Assembly: GCA_965662845.1 (NCBI GenBank)
Contig: CBFIJD010000018.1
Coordinates: forward strand, 8,073-56,148
Source of the DNA: an uncultured bacterium
GTDB taxonomy: Bacteria > SAR324 > NAC60-12
Reading direction: 5' to 3'
DNA length: 48,076 bases
Within the stretch, counting starts at the first letter, position 1. Every line of letters begins with the position of its first letter. Both the position numbers and the translations under genes were made by a program. The notes under the pieces were generated by a model. That model was given only the letters and a program-made list of their open reading frames with translations. It was not told where the DNA came from and did no database searches. Of this stretch, positions 27,768 to 37,308 are shown piece by piece.

Positions 27768-29387
27768 GTGGCAAAGAAAAAGGAACTGTACAAATTGGCG
27801 GTGGTCGACGGCAAAGTGCTGCTGCGCGTTCCACCTCAACTGGTGGGGGCTGAGACGGCAAACCTCGATGACATCCAGCGCGAACTCCACATGATGGACG
27901 CTCCCTACTTGCCGGAGCGTCTGCTGGAAATTTATGAGCGCAACTCTGGAAATTTTGAGGAGCTGAGCAACCTCGAAAACCCTGACTATACCTTGCAGGT
28001 TGATATCAGCGAAGACGAACAGACCGCGTACCTCAACCTGATCCCACCGCCCAAAGAAGGTAACGAACTGACGGAAGAGCTGCTGCGACAATACCTCGAC
28101 CAGCACGGTATCACCGCAGGAATTCTGTCGGACGTCGTGCAGAAGATGATCAGTGAGAAGGTCTTCTACGACTACGTCGAAGTCGCGCGCGGCCGAAAAC
28201 CCCGCCACGGCACACACGGCACGCCAGAGCTGCTGTTCCTCGATCGCTCTGGCTTCGAAGACCTCACCGGCGTCGATTTGCGGAATGTGCCCATGCTGCA
28301 AAAGGTGACCGCTGACCAAGTCTTGGCACGGGTGTACGCCCCAACCGATGGCGACGACGGATACACGGTGAACGGGCGGGCCATCAGCGCCATTCCCGGA
28401 AAAATTTGCAGACTCACCGCAGGTACGAACACCCGCTACAGCTCGAATCGTAACGAAATCATGGCGATGAAAGCGGGGGTCGCGTGCTATCACAACGGCG
28501 CGCTCCATGTGCATGACGTCAAGTCGGTTGACAATATCCACGCCGGAGTCGTGAAGTTTGACGGAGTGCTACAGGTGCGTGGCAACATCGGGGACAGCTG
28601 CCGTGTGGAGGCCTTCCGCATTGAGGTCAGCGGTTCAGTGGGACACTCCCAACTGCGCGCGACCAGCGACATTCATGTCCAGCAGTCCATCGTGAAAGGA
28701 ATCCTGCACGCCGGTGGCAGTGTGAGCGCAAGCGAATTGATGGAAGCCAACATAACCGCAGGCGAACATGTCCTTGTCTCAGGCAACATCACCAACTCCA
28801 CGATCAGCGCCGGTGAGTGTCTGCGCATTTTGGATGAAACAGCCGACGCTTCAGGCGGCAAGCTGCAAGGCGGCTATCTCGTGCTGCTGCCAAACATCGG
28901 GACACAGCCTGGGGCCACCAAAGCCGAGGTTGAGGTCGGCATTTCGCTAGCGCAACGGAAGCACATCCGGGAGCAAGAAGAGTCTGTGAAAGAAATGCTG
29001 GAGCAATTCGGACGCAACAAAGAGACGATGGATCCGATCATTCGCCGCTGGGCTCGAGGCAAGTCCAGTGGACAAGACCAAAAAGACCTAGATCAGCTGA
29101 CAGAGATTCTACAAACGGAGATTGAAAAGCTTCAGACCTCTGTGCGGGAAATCCGAGGCTTTCAGCGTGTGAGCGACGCCAGCGAAAAATTAGAAGGTGG
29201 TGCCATCATCATCACCAAAAAAGTCTCTGCCGGCACGGTGCTGTTTGTGCGCCGCACTCGCTTCAACGTCGTCGCCGAAGCAGAAGGGCTCGCATATACG
29301 TTCACACAGAGTGGCGTGCAGAGTCGTCCCTATGAGCCGGTGTTAACTCAATATCGGCCATACCTGATTGAACCTCCGGAGGAGTGA
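27768..29387 (+). CDS. FapA/DUF342 family protein
   Basis: VDISEDEQTAYL, VARGRKPRHGTHG, GDDGYTVNG, beta-helix-like repeats, coiled coil. Confidence 0.85.
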   Translation: MAKKKELYKLAVVDGKVLLRVPPQLVGAETANLDDIQRELHMMDAPYLPERLLEIYERNSGNFEELSNLENPDYTLQVDISEDEQTAYLNLIPPPKEGNELTEELLRQYLDQHGITAGILSDVVQKMISEKVFYDYVEVARGRKPRHGTHGTPELLFLDRSGFEDLTGVDLRNVPMLQKVTADQVLARVYAPTDGDDGYTVNGRAISAIPGKICRLTAGTNTRYSSNRNEIMAMKAGVACYHNGALHVHDVKSVDNIHAGVVKFDGVLQVRGNIGDSCRVEAFRIEVSGSVGHSQLRATSDIHVQQSIVKGILHAGGSVSASELMEANITAGEHVLVSGNITNSTISAGECLRILDETADASGGKLQGGYLVLLPNIGTQPGATKAEVEVGISLAQRKHIREQEESVKEMLEQFGRNKETMDPIIRRWARGKSSGQDQKDLDQLTEILQTEIEKLQTSVREIRGFQRVSDASEKLEGGAIIITKKVSAGTVLFVRRTRFNVVAEAEGLAYTFTQSGVQSRPYEPVLTQYRPYLIEPPEE

Positions 29388-29390
29388 TCC

Positions 29391-30230
29391 ATGGCCGATA
29401 TCAATCGAGATGAACTGGAACGTCGTGTGAAACGACGCGAGCCTCTGCGAGATCTCAACCTTGGCAGCATGCGGTTAGACAATTTGCAGCTGACAGGCGC
29501 CATCTTTCGTCGTTGTCGCTTCGGCGAGGCGGCGTTCAACAACACGGTCTTGGACTACTCAAGCTTTGAAGGCTGCGTGTTGAGCAACTGCGATATGCGC
29601 GGTGTGAGCATGCGGGAGTCGGCGCTCAACAACTGTGATTTAGATGGCAGCAATTTGCAGGATAGCAACCTGACCGAAGCGAACTTTCGCGGTTCATCGC
29701 TGGTGCGCACCGACTTCAGCGGCGCACGCATGGAACGCTCAGTCCTGATGGAAGTCGACGCCCAGCTAGCGAATTACACCCAAACCATGATGAACGGTTC
29801 GTATCTGCTGCGCGGCAAGTTCCTGCTCTGCGACTTCTCGCGTGCCGAGGCTTCGAGCATCAACGCAGCAAAGGTCGACTTCACAGGCTCCATCTTTATG
29901 GCCGCCGCGCTGGATCGTTCCTTGTTGACGGCGTCTAACCTCAGTTTCTGCAATCTCTCGGTAGCCTCTGCTGTAGGAGCCATCTTCAAAGGCGCGAACC
30001 TGTTTGGTTCTAATTGTTTGCACAGCATCTTCAACGAAGCGAACTTAGAAGAGTGCATCTTAGGGCGTGTGAAAGGACACCACGCGCAATTTCAGAGCGC
30101 TGTGTTGAACCGAGCCAGCTTGATTGAAGCGGACTTTAGCCACGGCAACTTTGACAGCGCCGCGATGCAGGGGACCTTGCAGCAGGGAATTGTCCTCGAG
30201 AACGTCTCGATGGAAGGGATCTCTCAATGA
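29391..30230 (+). CDS. Pentapeptide repeat protein
   Basis: Tandem A/S-x-F/L-x-x repeats over ~250 aa. Confidence 0.9.
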   Translation: MADINRDELERRVKRREPLRDLNLGSMRLDNLQLTGAIFRRCRFGEAAFNNTVLDYSSFEGCVLSNCDMRGVSMRESALNNCDLDGSNLQDSNLTEANFRGSSLVRTDFSGARMERSVLMEVDAQLANYTQTMMNGSYLLRGKFLLCDFSRAEASSINAAKVDFTGSIFMAAALDRSLLTASNLSFCNLSVASAVGAIFKGANLFGSNCLHSIFNEANLEECILGRVKGHHAQFQSAVLNRASLIEADFSHGNFDSAAMQGTLQQGIVLENVSMEGISQ

Positions 30231-30685
30231 GATGGCTCGCCGCACTTGGGCTTGGAGTCCCTCTCTGGCTCGCGAGTGGAGCCGCTGCGTGGGCTGAATA
30301 TCGAGCCTATGAGTTAGAGGTCTTTGACCGAGTCACGAACCAGTCGCGTGTGATCATCACGTCGTTCTCTCCCAGCGACTACATTCTGGTGAACGGCGGC
30401 CCAGATCGCATCGGGGTCATTATTCGAGCGTCTTGGATTTGCTATGGAGACACCTCCAACGGCGAGAAAGCCTGCCCGGCTCCCAAGCCTATCAACCCAC
30501 GCTTTCAGGAGGGAGATCGGGTGCAAATCAACCTGCCCAAACACGTCACGCACCAGTGGGTCGGTGAAGTCGAGAACAGCTTCTTTCGGCCCGAGCTACG
30601 CAGCAATGTCTACGGCATTCGCTTCCCAGAAAAAGGCGAACTCTACACCCGTTACTACGAAGCAAACCTCCAAAAAGCGCCGTAA
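30227..30685 (+). CDS. Secreted hypothetical protein with a possible C-terminal SH3/KOW-like domain
   Basis: Signal peptide ending AWA; Cys pair; FQEGDRVQI...GEVE...YGIRF. Confidence 0.7.
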   Translation: MRWLAALGLGVPLWLASGAAAWAEYRAYELEVFDRVTNQSRVIITSFSPSDYILVNGGPDRIGVIIRASWICYGDTSNGEKACPAPKPINPRFQEGDRVQINLPKHVTHQWVGEVENSFFRPELRSNVYGIRFPEKGELYTRYYEANLQKAP

Positions 30686-30711
30686 TATCTAACACACAGA
30701 CAGGAGGTCAC

Positions 30712-31629
30712 ATGATGGAAGCCTTGCGCTCTGCCAGCCTGCTTACCGCGATCAAAACGCCTTACCTCACCGATGGATCCATTGACTTAGAGACCTATGA
30801 CTTTTTGCTCGCGGAGCAGGTGCGACACGGGGTGGACGGCGTGATTGTGGGGGGCACTACGGGGGAAGGGCACCTGATGCATTGGGAAGAACACCTGATG
30901 TTGATTGCGCACACTGTGCATCGCTTTGGAGATCGTCTCAAAGTGGTGGGCAACACCGGCAGCAACAACACCCGCGAGGCTCTGAAAGCCACGGAGTACG
31001 GCTTCGCTTCAGGGATGCACGCCGCGCTGCAGATCAACCCCTATTATGGAAAGACCTCCGAAGCGGGGCTGTCAGAGCACTTCCAGCGCCTGCTGCAGCT
31101 CGGGCCGGCTTTCATCTACAATGTCCCCTCCCGCACCGGACAAGACCTGCCGCCAGAGCTGATGCAGCGCTTGGCGGAGAGCCCGAACTTCATCGGCGTC
31201 AAAGAATGCTCTGGCAATGAGCGCATCGCTCAATACGAACGGCAAGGGATCGCCTGTTGGTCGGGCAACGACGACCAATGCTTCGCGGGGCGCCATGCAC
31301 ATCGCTCCCACGGCGTGATCTCCGTGACCAGTAACATTCTGCCAGGCTGTATGCGCAAGCTGATGGACACCAACGACGCCGCGCATAACGAGGCGTTGCA
31401 GCCGCTGATCTCGTGGATTTTTCAGCAACCGAACCCCATTGGGATCAATACGCTGCTGGCGATGACCGGCGCAACGCAACCGGTGTTCCGCTTGCCGTAT
31501 GTCCCGCTTGAACGAGAAGCGCGTCAACAAGGACTGGAGTTGTTGAGAGCTTTCACCTCGGAACAGCGAGTTGGCTCACGTCTGGAAGTGCTCAACGACT
31601 CCGACTTTCACCTCGCCGCCCAAGCCTGA
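30712..31629 (+). CDS. dapA: 4-hydroxy-tetrahydrodipicolinate synthase (plant-type)
   Basis: TAIKTPY, GGTTGEG, NPYYGK, IYNVPSRT, GVKEC, WSGNDD. Confidence 0.95.
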   Translation: MMEALRSASLLTAIKTPYLTDGSIDLETYDFLLAEQVRHGVDGVIVGGTTGEGHLMHWEEHLMLIAHTVHRFGDRLKVVGNTGSNNTREALKATEYGFASGMHAALQINPYYGKTSEAGLSEHFQRLLQLGPAFIYNVPSRTGQDLPPELMQRLAESPNFIGVKECSGNERIAQYERQGIACWSGNDDQCFAGRHAHRSHGVISVTSNILPGCMRKLMDTNDAAHNEALQPLISWIFQQPNPIGINTLLAMTGATQPVFRLPYVPLEREARQQGLELLRAFTSEQRVGSRLEVLNDSDFHLAAQA

Positions 31630-33506
31630 TGCCTCTCTTACTCTGGCCTCCGCCCCAAGACCTCCGCCTCGCTGAGTCTGCTTTCGTGCTGCCACACCAC
31701 GGCAGCGTTCACCTCTCCGCGCTCTCTCTGCTCTCTCTCGGACAACACTGCCAGCGCTTGCTGCAGGAGTTCTCAAGTCGCACATATCAGCTGGGGCGCA
31801 CAGCAGAGTCCTCAGAGTTTGCGATTCGCTTAGAGTTGGTAGAGCAACCGATCACGTCAGGACCGAACGCGGCACAGAGCTATCGCTTGTGGCTGCGACC
31901 CGACGGGTGCTTGTTGAGCGCCTCAACGACGCAGGGATTGTTCTACGCGTTGATGACCTTCAAGCAGATTTTGCGACAGCAGCCGTTAGAGCTGCCAGCC
32001 TTAGAGATCCTAGATGAGCCCGACTTTGCGCAACGGGGCATCCTGCTCGACGTTAGTCGCAACAAGGTGCCTGAGCTGAAGACACTCTTTCTAATTGTCG
32101 AACAGTTCGCGGAGTGGAAAATCAATCAAATCCAACTCTACACGGAGCACACCTTCGCTTATCCTCAGCACGCTCAAGTATCCGAGAGCGCCAGCCCTTA
32201 CACGGGCGAAGACATGCTGCGTTTGGGCGACTTCTGCCGAGAGCGCCACATGGAGCTTGTGCCGAATCAGAACTCGTTTGGGCACCTGCATCGGTGGTTG
32301 CGGCTCCCTGAATATCAGCACTTAGCGGAGTGCCCCGCAGGCTTCTCGTGGCCCAACGGTAAGTACCACCCAGAGCCCTTCAGCCTGAACCCACGCCACG
32401 CGGAGACTTTCCCCTTTTTGGAGAATTTGTTCGACGAGCTGCTGCCGCACTTTGAAAGCTCGCTCTTCAATGTGGGCTGCGACGAAACCGTCGATTTAGG
32501 GTTAGGAGCCAGCAAGGAAATCTGCGAGGCGGAAGGCAAAGGCCGCGTGTACCTGAGCTTCTTGCAGGAATTACAAAAGCGGGTCCACGCTCGGGGTCGC
32601 ACGATGATGTGTTGGAGCGACATTGTGATGCAGCACCCAGCGCTGATCCCTGAGCTGCCAGAGAAGTTCATCGCGCTCGAATGGGGATATGAAGCGGGTC
32701 ACCCCTTCGCAGAAAACACACAGCGGCTGCGAGACGCAGGGATCCCGTTCTACGTTTGTCCTGGAACCTCTGCGTGGCGCAGCCTGACAGGACGCACGGA
32801 CAACATGCTCCAGAACATCCGTGAAGCCGCAGAGGCCGGCAAAGCGAATGGCGCAGAAGGGCTGTTGCTGACGGACTGGGGCGATTGCGGGCACTGGCAA
32901 ACGCTCCCGATGAGCTATGCCGGTTGGATGACAGGCGCCTCCCTCGCGTGGAACGTCGCCGCGCCGAGCGAAGAGAAGTTGGCTCTCGCGCTGGATCTGC
33001 ACGGCTTGTGTGACACAAAGCACCTTGTCGGGGATTGGATCGTCGAATTTGGACGTTTGGAGCAGGTTCTACAGCGCCCATACCTCAACAATACGATCTT
33101 TTTCCAGTGGCTGTTTCAGCACCCCGAACACAGCGCCTTTCAGGACTTAGATCGCGCGATGCTCGAAGACTTGTTAGACGTGCTAGAGGATCAACGCACG
33201 ACGCTCAACCGTGTGAGCTGCACGGTCACTGGTGGTGATTGGGTCTGCGCTGAGCTGCACTGCATGGTCGATTTTGTGGAACACGCGATCCGCCGAGCGC
33301 TGTGTTGCTCAGAAGGGCTCTGGTGCGACGCCTTAGATCGACGCTCCCTCGCGTCTTCCATGCAGGGGCTGCTGGCGCAATTTCGCCATCTGTGGTGTCA
33401 CCGCAACCGAATTGGAGGGTTGCAAGAGAGCACAGAATTGCTAGAACTGCGTCTGCGGGAATATCGGACGGGTGAGATCAACCGTGACTACGTCCGCTTT
33501 TTCTGA
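31629..33506 (+). CDS. GH20-like beta-N-acetylhexosaminidase
   Basis: GH20b-like N-domain, DEPDFAQRGILLDVSR, FGH, catalytic GCDE, LTDWGD. Confidence 0.85.
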   Translation: MPLLLWPPPQDLRLAESAFVLPHHGSVHLSALSLLSLGQHCQRLLQEFSSRTYQLGRTAESSEFAIRLELVEQPITSGPNAAQSYRLWLRPDGCLLSASTTQGLFYALMTFKQILRQQPLELPALEILDEPDFAQRGILLDVSRNKVPELKTLFLIVEQFAEWKINQIQLYTEHTFAYPQHAQVSESASPYTGEDMLRLGDFCRERHMELVPNQNSFGHLHRWLRLPEYQHLAECPAGFSWPNGKYHPEPFSLNPRHAETFPFLENLFDELLPHFESSLFNVGCDETVDLGLGASKEICEAEGKGRVYLSFLQELQKRVHARGRTMMCWSDIVMQHPALIPELPEKFIALEWGYEAGHPFAENTQRLRDAGIPFYVCPGTSAWRSLTGRTDNMLQNIREAAEAGKANGAEGLLLTDWGDCGHWQTLPMSYAGWMTGASLAWNVAAPSEEKLALALDLHGLCDTKHLVGDWIVEFGRLEQVLQRPYLNNTIFFQWLFQHPEHSAFQDLDRAMLEDLLDVLEDQRTTLNRVSCTVTGGDWVCAELHCMVDFVEHAIRRALCCSEGLWCDALDRRSLASSMQGLLAQFRHLWCHRNRIGGLQESTELLELRLREYRTGEINRDYVRFF

Positions 33507-33536
33507 ACTCTTCACCCCCTCTCAAGCAAAATTGGC

Positions 33537-34376
33537 ATGTTGAAATTGGTTCCTGATGTCTTGTGGTGCTTCGACGTGGAGTGGGTCCCCGACCCGATCT
33601 CGGGGCGACGTACTTATCAGCTTCCGCAAGAGATGCCCGACTCTGACGTGATGCAGTGCATGTGGGAAAAAGGCGGCGCGACCCCCGAAGACCCGATGCC
33701 TTATCTGAAGACCGCGCTGTGCCGGGTTGTCTCGATCGCTGCCGTTGTGCGCACTCGACGAGACGATGGCTCTGTGCACGTACGCTTGACCTCCCTGCCT
33801 CATGACGTGAACGACCCAGCCCAAACCGCCGAAGCCGAAGTGTTGAAGCGCTTCTTGGAAGCGGTAGGAAACAACAAACCGCAGCTGGTCGGCTTCAACT
33901 CGAAGCGAGCAGATCTAAAAATTTTAGTGCAGCGAGCCGTGGCCCAAGGGCTTCACCTCCCCGAATTCTGCCAGCGCCCTGAAAAGCGCTATTCCGGCGA
34001 GGTTGATTATTTCGACCACTTTGGAGACTGGCACATCGACCTGATTGACTTGCTAGGCAGCGGAGGGAAATCTACCCCGTCCTTGCACGAGATGGCGACA
34101 GTTTGTGGCATCCCTGGCAAACTAGATGTGGATGGACAAGAGGTGGCTCCCATGTGGCTGCAAGGCGAGTGGCAACGCATCGTCGCCTATAACGAATGCG
34201 ATGCGCTGAGCACCTATTTGCTTTGGCTGCGCACGGCTCATTTCAGCGGAAAACTCAACAGCACCGAATATTCCGTCGAACAGGAAGCTCTGGAGAGCTA
34301 CTTACAGCAAGAGGCACAGCGAGACAAACCACACCTGCAAGAGTTCTTGCAACAGTGGCATTACTTACGCTCTTAA
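33537..34376 (+). CDS. PolB-like DEDD 3'-5' exonuclease
   Basis: FDVE, LVGFN...D, HIDL, GIPGK, YNECD. Confidence 0.85.
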   Translation: MLKLVPDVLWCFDVEWVPDPISGRRTYQLPQEMPDSDVMQCMWEKGGATPEDPMPYLKTALCRVVSIAAVVRTRRDDGSVHVRLTSLPHDVNDPAQTAEAEVLKRFLEAVGNNKPQLVGFNSKRADLKILVQRAVAQGLHLPEFCQRPEKRYSGEVDYFDHFGDWHIDLIDLLGSGGKSTPSLHEMATVCGIPGKLDVDGQEVAPMWLQGEWQRIVAYNECDALSTYLLWLRTAHFSGKLNSTEYSVEQEALESYLQQEAQRDKPHLQEFLQQWHYLRS

Positions 34377-34396
34377 CCTTCTCTCAGCAAAAACAC

Positions 34397-34972
34397 ATGC
34401 GCCATAAGGCCCGCGAGATTGCCCTGCAGGCTCTGTATCAGTTGGAGATCCACAAAACCTCCGAGATGGAAGTAGTTGACGCCTTCTTAGCGCAAACTCG
34501 CTTAGAAGAATGGCACTTATTCGACGAAAAACTGCCAGACGAAGAGACGGAACAAAGACACCAGCGCAAAGACTACGGCACGCGTCTGGAAGAGACGCTG
34601 ACCTTTGCCCGTCGTTTGGCGCAAGGGGCTTCAACGCACCGCAAGCGTGTGGATCGCGTCATCAAAAATAACCTCGAGAACTGGAAGCTAGGCCGCCTGT
34701 CGATGCTCACGCGCAACGTGCTGCGCCTCGCCGTTTACGAGATGTGCTTTAGCGAAGATCCCAGCCAAGCGTCGCACCGTGTGATCATCAACGAGGCGTT
34801 AGAATTGACCGACGAATTTATCGATGAAAAAACAAAAGGCTTCGTGAACAGCGTGTTGCAGAAAGTCTACGACCGGCATGTGCTGCCACAAGCTCCAGAT
34901 CCTGCCAAACTCGTGGCAGAACCTGCCCCCTCTGATTCTCCTGAGATCTCTACAGGCGCCGATGCGCGATGA
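34397..34972 (+). CDS. nusB: Transcription antitermination factor NusB
   Basis: RHKAREIALQALYQ, LRLAVYEM, IINEALEL, FVNSVL. Confidence 0.93.
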   Translation: MRHKAREIALQALYQLEIHKTSEMEVVDAFLAQTRLEEWHLFDEKLPDEETEQRHQRKDYGTRLEETLTFARRLAQGASTHRKRVDRVIKNNLENWKLGRLSMLTRNVLRLAVYEMCFSEDPSQASHRVIINEALELTDEFIDEKTKGFVNSVLQKVYDRHVLPQAPDPAKLVAEPAPSDSPEISTGADAR

Positions 34973-36422
34973 ATACTCTGCGCTCCGCACCGACCTTTAC
35001 CAAGTCACGATGGCTTATGGTTTTTGGAAGAGCGGACTAGAGCAGCGAGAGGGCGTCTTTCACATGCTCTTCCGCACGGCTCCCTTCAAAGGTGGGTTTA
35101 CCATCGCTTGTGGCCTCGAAGACCTCATCCGCTATCTGCAAAACTTTCACTTCTCTGCCAGCGATCTGGAATACCTCGCGACCCTCAACGGAAGCGATGG
35201 ACAGCGTCTGTTCGAGCCCACGTTTCTGGAATATCTGCGCTGTATGGAGTTCTCTTGCGACATCGACGCCGTCGCTGAGGGGACGGTGGTGTTCCCTTAT
35301 GAACCGCTAGTGCGGGTGAAAGGCCCGCTCATTCAGTGCCAGCTGCTAGAGTCTCACCTGCTGAACTTGATCAACTTTCAGACCTTGGTCGCCACCAAAG
35401 CCGCGCGCATGTGTTTGGCGGCCAAAGGGCAACCAGTATTAGAGTTCGGTCTGCGCCGCGCTCAAGGTTCCGATGGGGCGCTCGCCGCAAGCCGCGCGGC
35501 GTATGTGGGTGGGTGCACGGCGACGTCGAACCTGCTGGCTGGCAAGCACTATGGCATCCCTGTCCGAGGCACGATGGGGCATAGCTGGGTGATGGCTTTT
35601 GGGAGCGAGCGAGAAGCCTTTAGCACCTACGCGCGCGTGCTCCCAAACAACATGGTCTTGCTCGTGGACACCTACTCCACCCTGCGAGGCGTTCGACACG
35701 CGATTGAGGTCGGAAAAGAGCTGCGTGAACAAGGGTTTGAACTAGCCGGCATTCGACTAGACTCCGGAGACCTCGCCTATCTCAGCACCGAAGCTCGCAA
35801 GCTCTTGAACCACCATGGCTTTACAGAAACAAAGATTATCGCGAGCAACGATCTTGATGAATTTGTGATTGACTCCCTCAAGTTGCAGCAGGCGCAGATT
35901 GACGTGTGGGGGATTGGCACAAAGCTGGTGACGGCTTACGATCAACCCGCGCTGGATGGGGTGTATAAAATGAGCGCGGTGCGCGATCCAGGGCAGCCGT
36001 GGCAATACAAAATCAAGATCGCAGAGCAGGCGACCAAGCTGACGACGCCTGGTGTGCAACAAGTCCGGCGCTATCTGCAAGACGGCCATTATCTAGCAGA
36101 TATGATTTTTGATGAACAAATGCCGCTGGAGGAGCGCTTGACGATCGTCGACCCGTTCGACATTACGCGTCAGCGTAGCTTCACTCCGGATATGGAGTAT
36201 GAAGATTTGCTGCGGCCCGTCTTCCGCCAAGGACGATGCGTGCAGGAGCTGTGTTCTTTGCATGAAATTCGCGACAAAGCGCAACGCGAACTACAGCTCT
36301 TCCATTCCGGAGTGCTCCGCACGGTCAATCCTCATGAATATCCCGTTGGGCTCGAACAGAAATTGTTCGACTTGCGCACCGAACTCGCCTTAGCGGTCCG
36401 TCATCAATCGCGAACCTCGTAA
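34962..36422 (+). CDS. pncB: Nicotinate phosphoribosyltransferase
   Basis: TDLYQVTM, EFGLRRAQ, GTMGHS, LLVDTY, IRLDSGDL, GIGTKL. Confidence 0.96.
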   Translation: MRDEYSALRTDLYQVTMAYGFWKSGLEQREGVFHMLFRTAPFKGGFTIACGLEDLIRYLQNFHFSASDLEYLATLNGSDGQRLFEPTFLEYLRCMEFSCDIDAVAEGTVVFPYEPLVRVKGPLIQCQLLESHLLNLINFQTLVATKAARMCLAAKGQPVLEFGLRRAQGSDGALAASRAAYVGGCTATSNLLAGKHYGIPVRGTMGHSWVMAFGSEREAFSTYARVLPNNMVLLVDTYSTLRGVRHAIEVGKELREQGFELAGIRLDSGDLAYLSTEARKLLNHHGFTETKIIASNDLDEFVIDSLKLQQAQIDVWGIGTKLVTAYDQPALDGVYKMSAVRDPGQPWQYKIKIAEQATKLTTPGVQQVRRYLQDGHYLADMIFDEQMPLEERLTIVDPFDITRQRSFTPDMEYEDLLRPVFRQGRCVQELCSLHEIRDKAQRELQLFHSGVLRTVNPHEYPVGLEQKLFDLRTELALAVRHQSRTS

Positions 36423-36423
36423 C

Positions 36424-37308
36424 ATGTCGCCCCTCACGCCTCTCTTGCGCTGGGTGCGGCGCTGTCACACACACGACCTCGCTCTGTTCTCTCCCTTGTT
36501 TGTGGAGCACGTGCCGGTGGGCTGGGTGCATCCGCAAGACCGTTTCCTCTTTACGAACGCGACCCATCTGTTTGACTGCGAGGCAGACCAGACGATCCAT
36601 TTGCGCGGGGGACTGAGCACCGCGAGCGAACGCACCGAAGCCCTGAATCTTCAGCTGCGACAATGGCACGACGCAGGGCATTTTGACGATTGGCGCAACG
36701 AGCACTATCACGTGGGCGCTGACCTGCAAGCGCCGCCGCTGTTCACGGTAGAACGCAGCGCCTCTTCGCTGCTGGGCCTATTGAACCATGGCGTACACCT
36801 GAATGGTTTTGTTCGACGAGGAGAGGAGCTGTGGCTTTGGGTAGCGCGGCGGGCATGGGATCGTCCGCGTTATCCGGGGAAGCTAGATCAGCTGGTAGCG
36901 GGGGGCTTGACGGCATTTCAGACGCCGCGGGAGGTGCTGTTGCGAGAATGTCATGAAGAGGCTGGTATTCCCTTGGAGCTTGCCGAGCGAGCCCGACCCA
37001 CTGGGCTGGTGACGTTGTGTCACCACAATTCGCGGGGGCGTCTGCGCAGAGAGGTGCTCTTTACCTTTGACTTGGAATTGCCAGAGGCCTTTGTGCCGCG
37101 CAACCAAGATGGAGAAGTGGAAAATTTTCGCCTGTTGCCGGTGGCGGAAGTGCGACGACTGGTGGCAGAGACCGAAGAGATCAAAGTGAACTGCAACTTA
37201 GTCTTGCTCGATTTTCTGGTGCGCCACGGAGAGTTGAGCCCCGACCAACCTGGTTACACAGAGCTGGTCACGGGGCTGCGAGCTTCGCCAAATCCTCAGT
37301 TGGCGTAG
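36424..37308 (+). CDS. Nudix hydrolase (DUF4743-type)
   Basis: WRNEHY, ERSA...G, GVHLNG, PGKLDQLVAGG...RECHEEAGI. Confidence 0.88.
   Translation: MSPLTPLLRWVRRCHTHDLALFSPLFVEHVPVGWVHPQDRFLFTNATHLFDCEADQTIHLRGGLSTASERTEALNLQLRQWHDAGHFDDWRNEHYHVGADLQAPPLFTVERSASSLLGLLNHGVHLNGFVRRGEELWLWVARRAWDRPRYPGKLDQLVAGGLTAFQTPREVLLRECHEEAGIPLELAERARPTGLVTLCHHNSRGRLRREVLFTFDLELPEAFVPRNQDGEVENFRLLPVAEVRRLVAETEEIKVNCNLVLLDFLVRHGELSPDQPGYTELVTGLRASPNPQLA

Noticed and set aside
27738..28541. 267-aa minus-strand ORF
   Set aside because: Antisense shadow of the FapA-like gene
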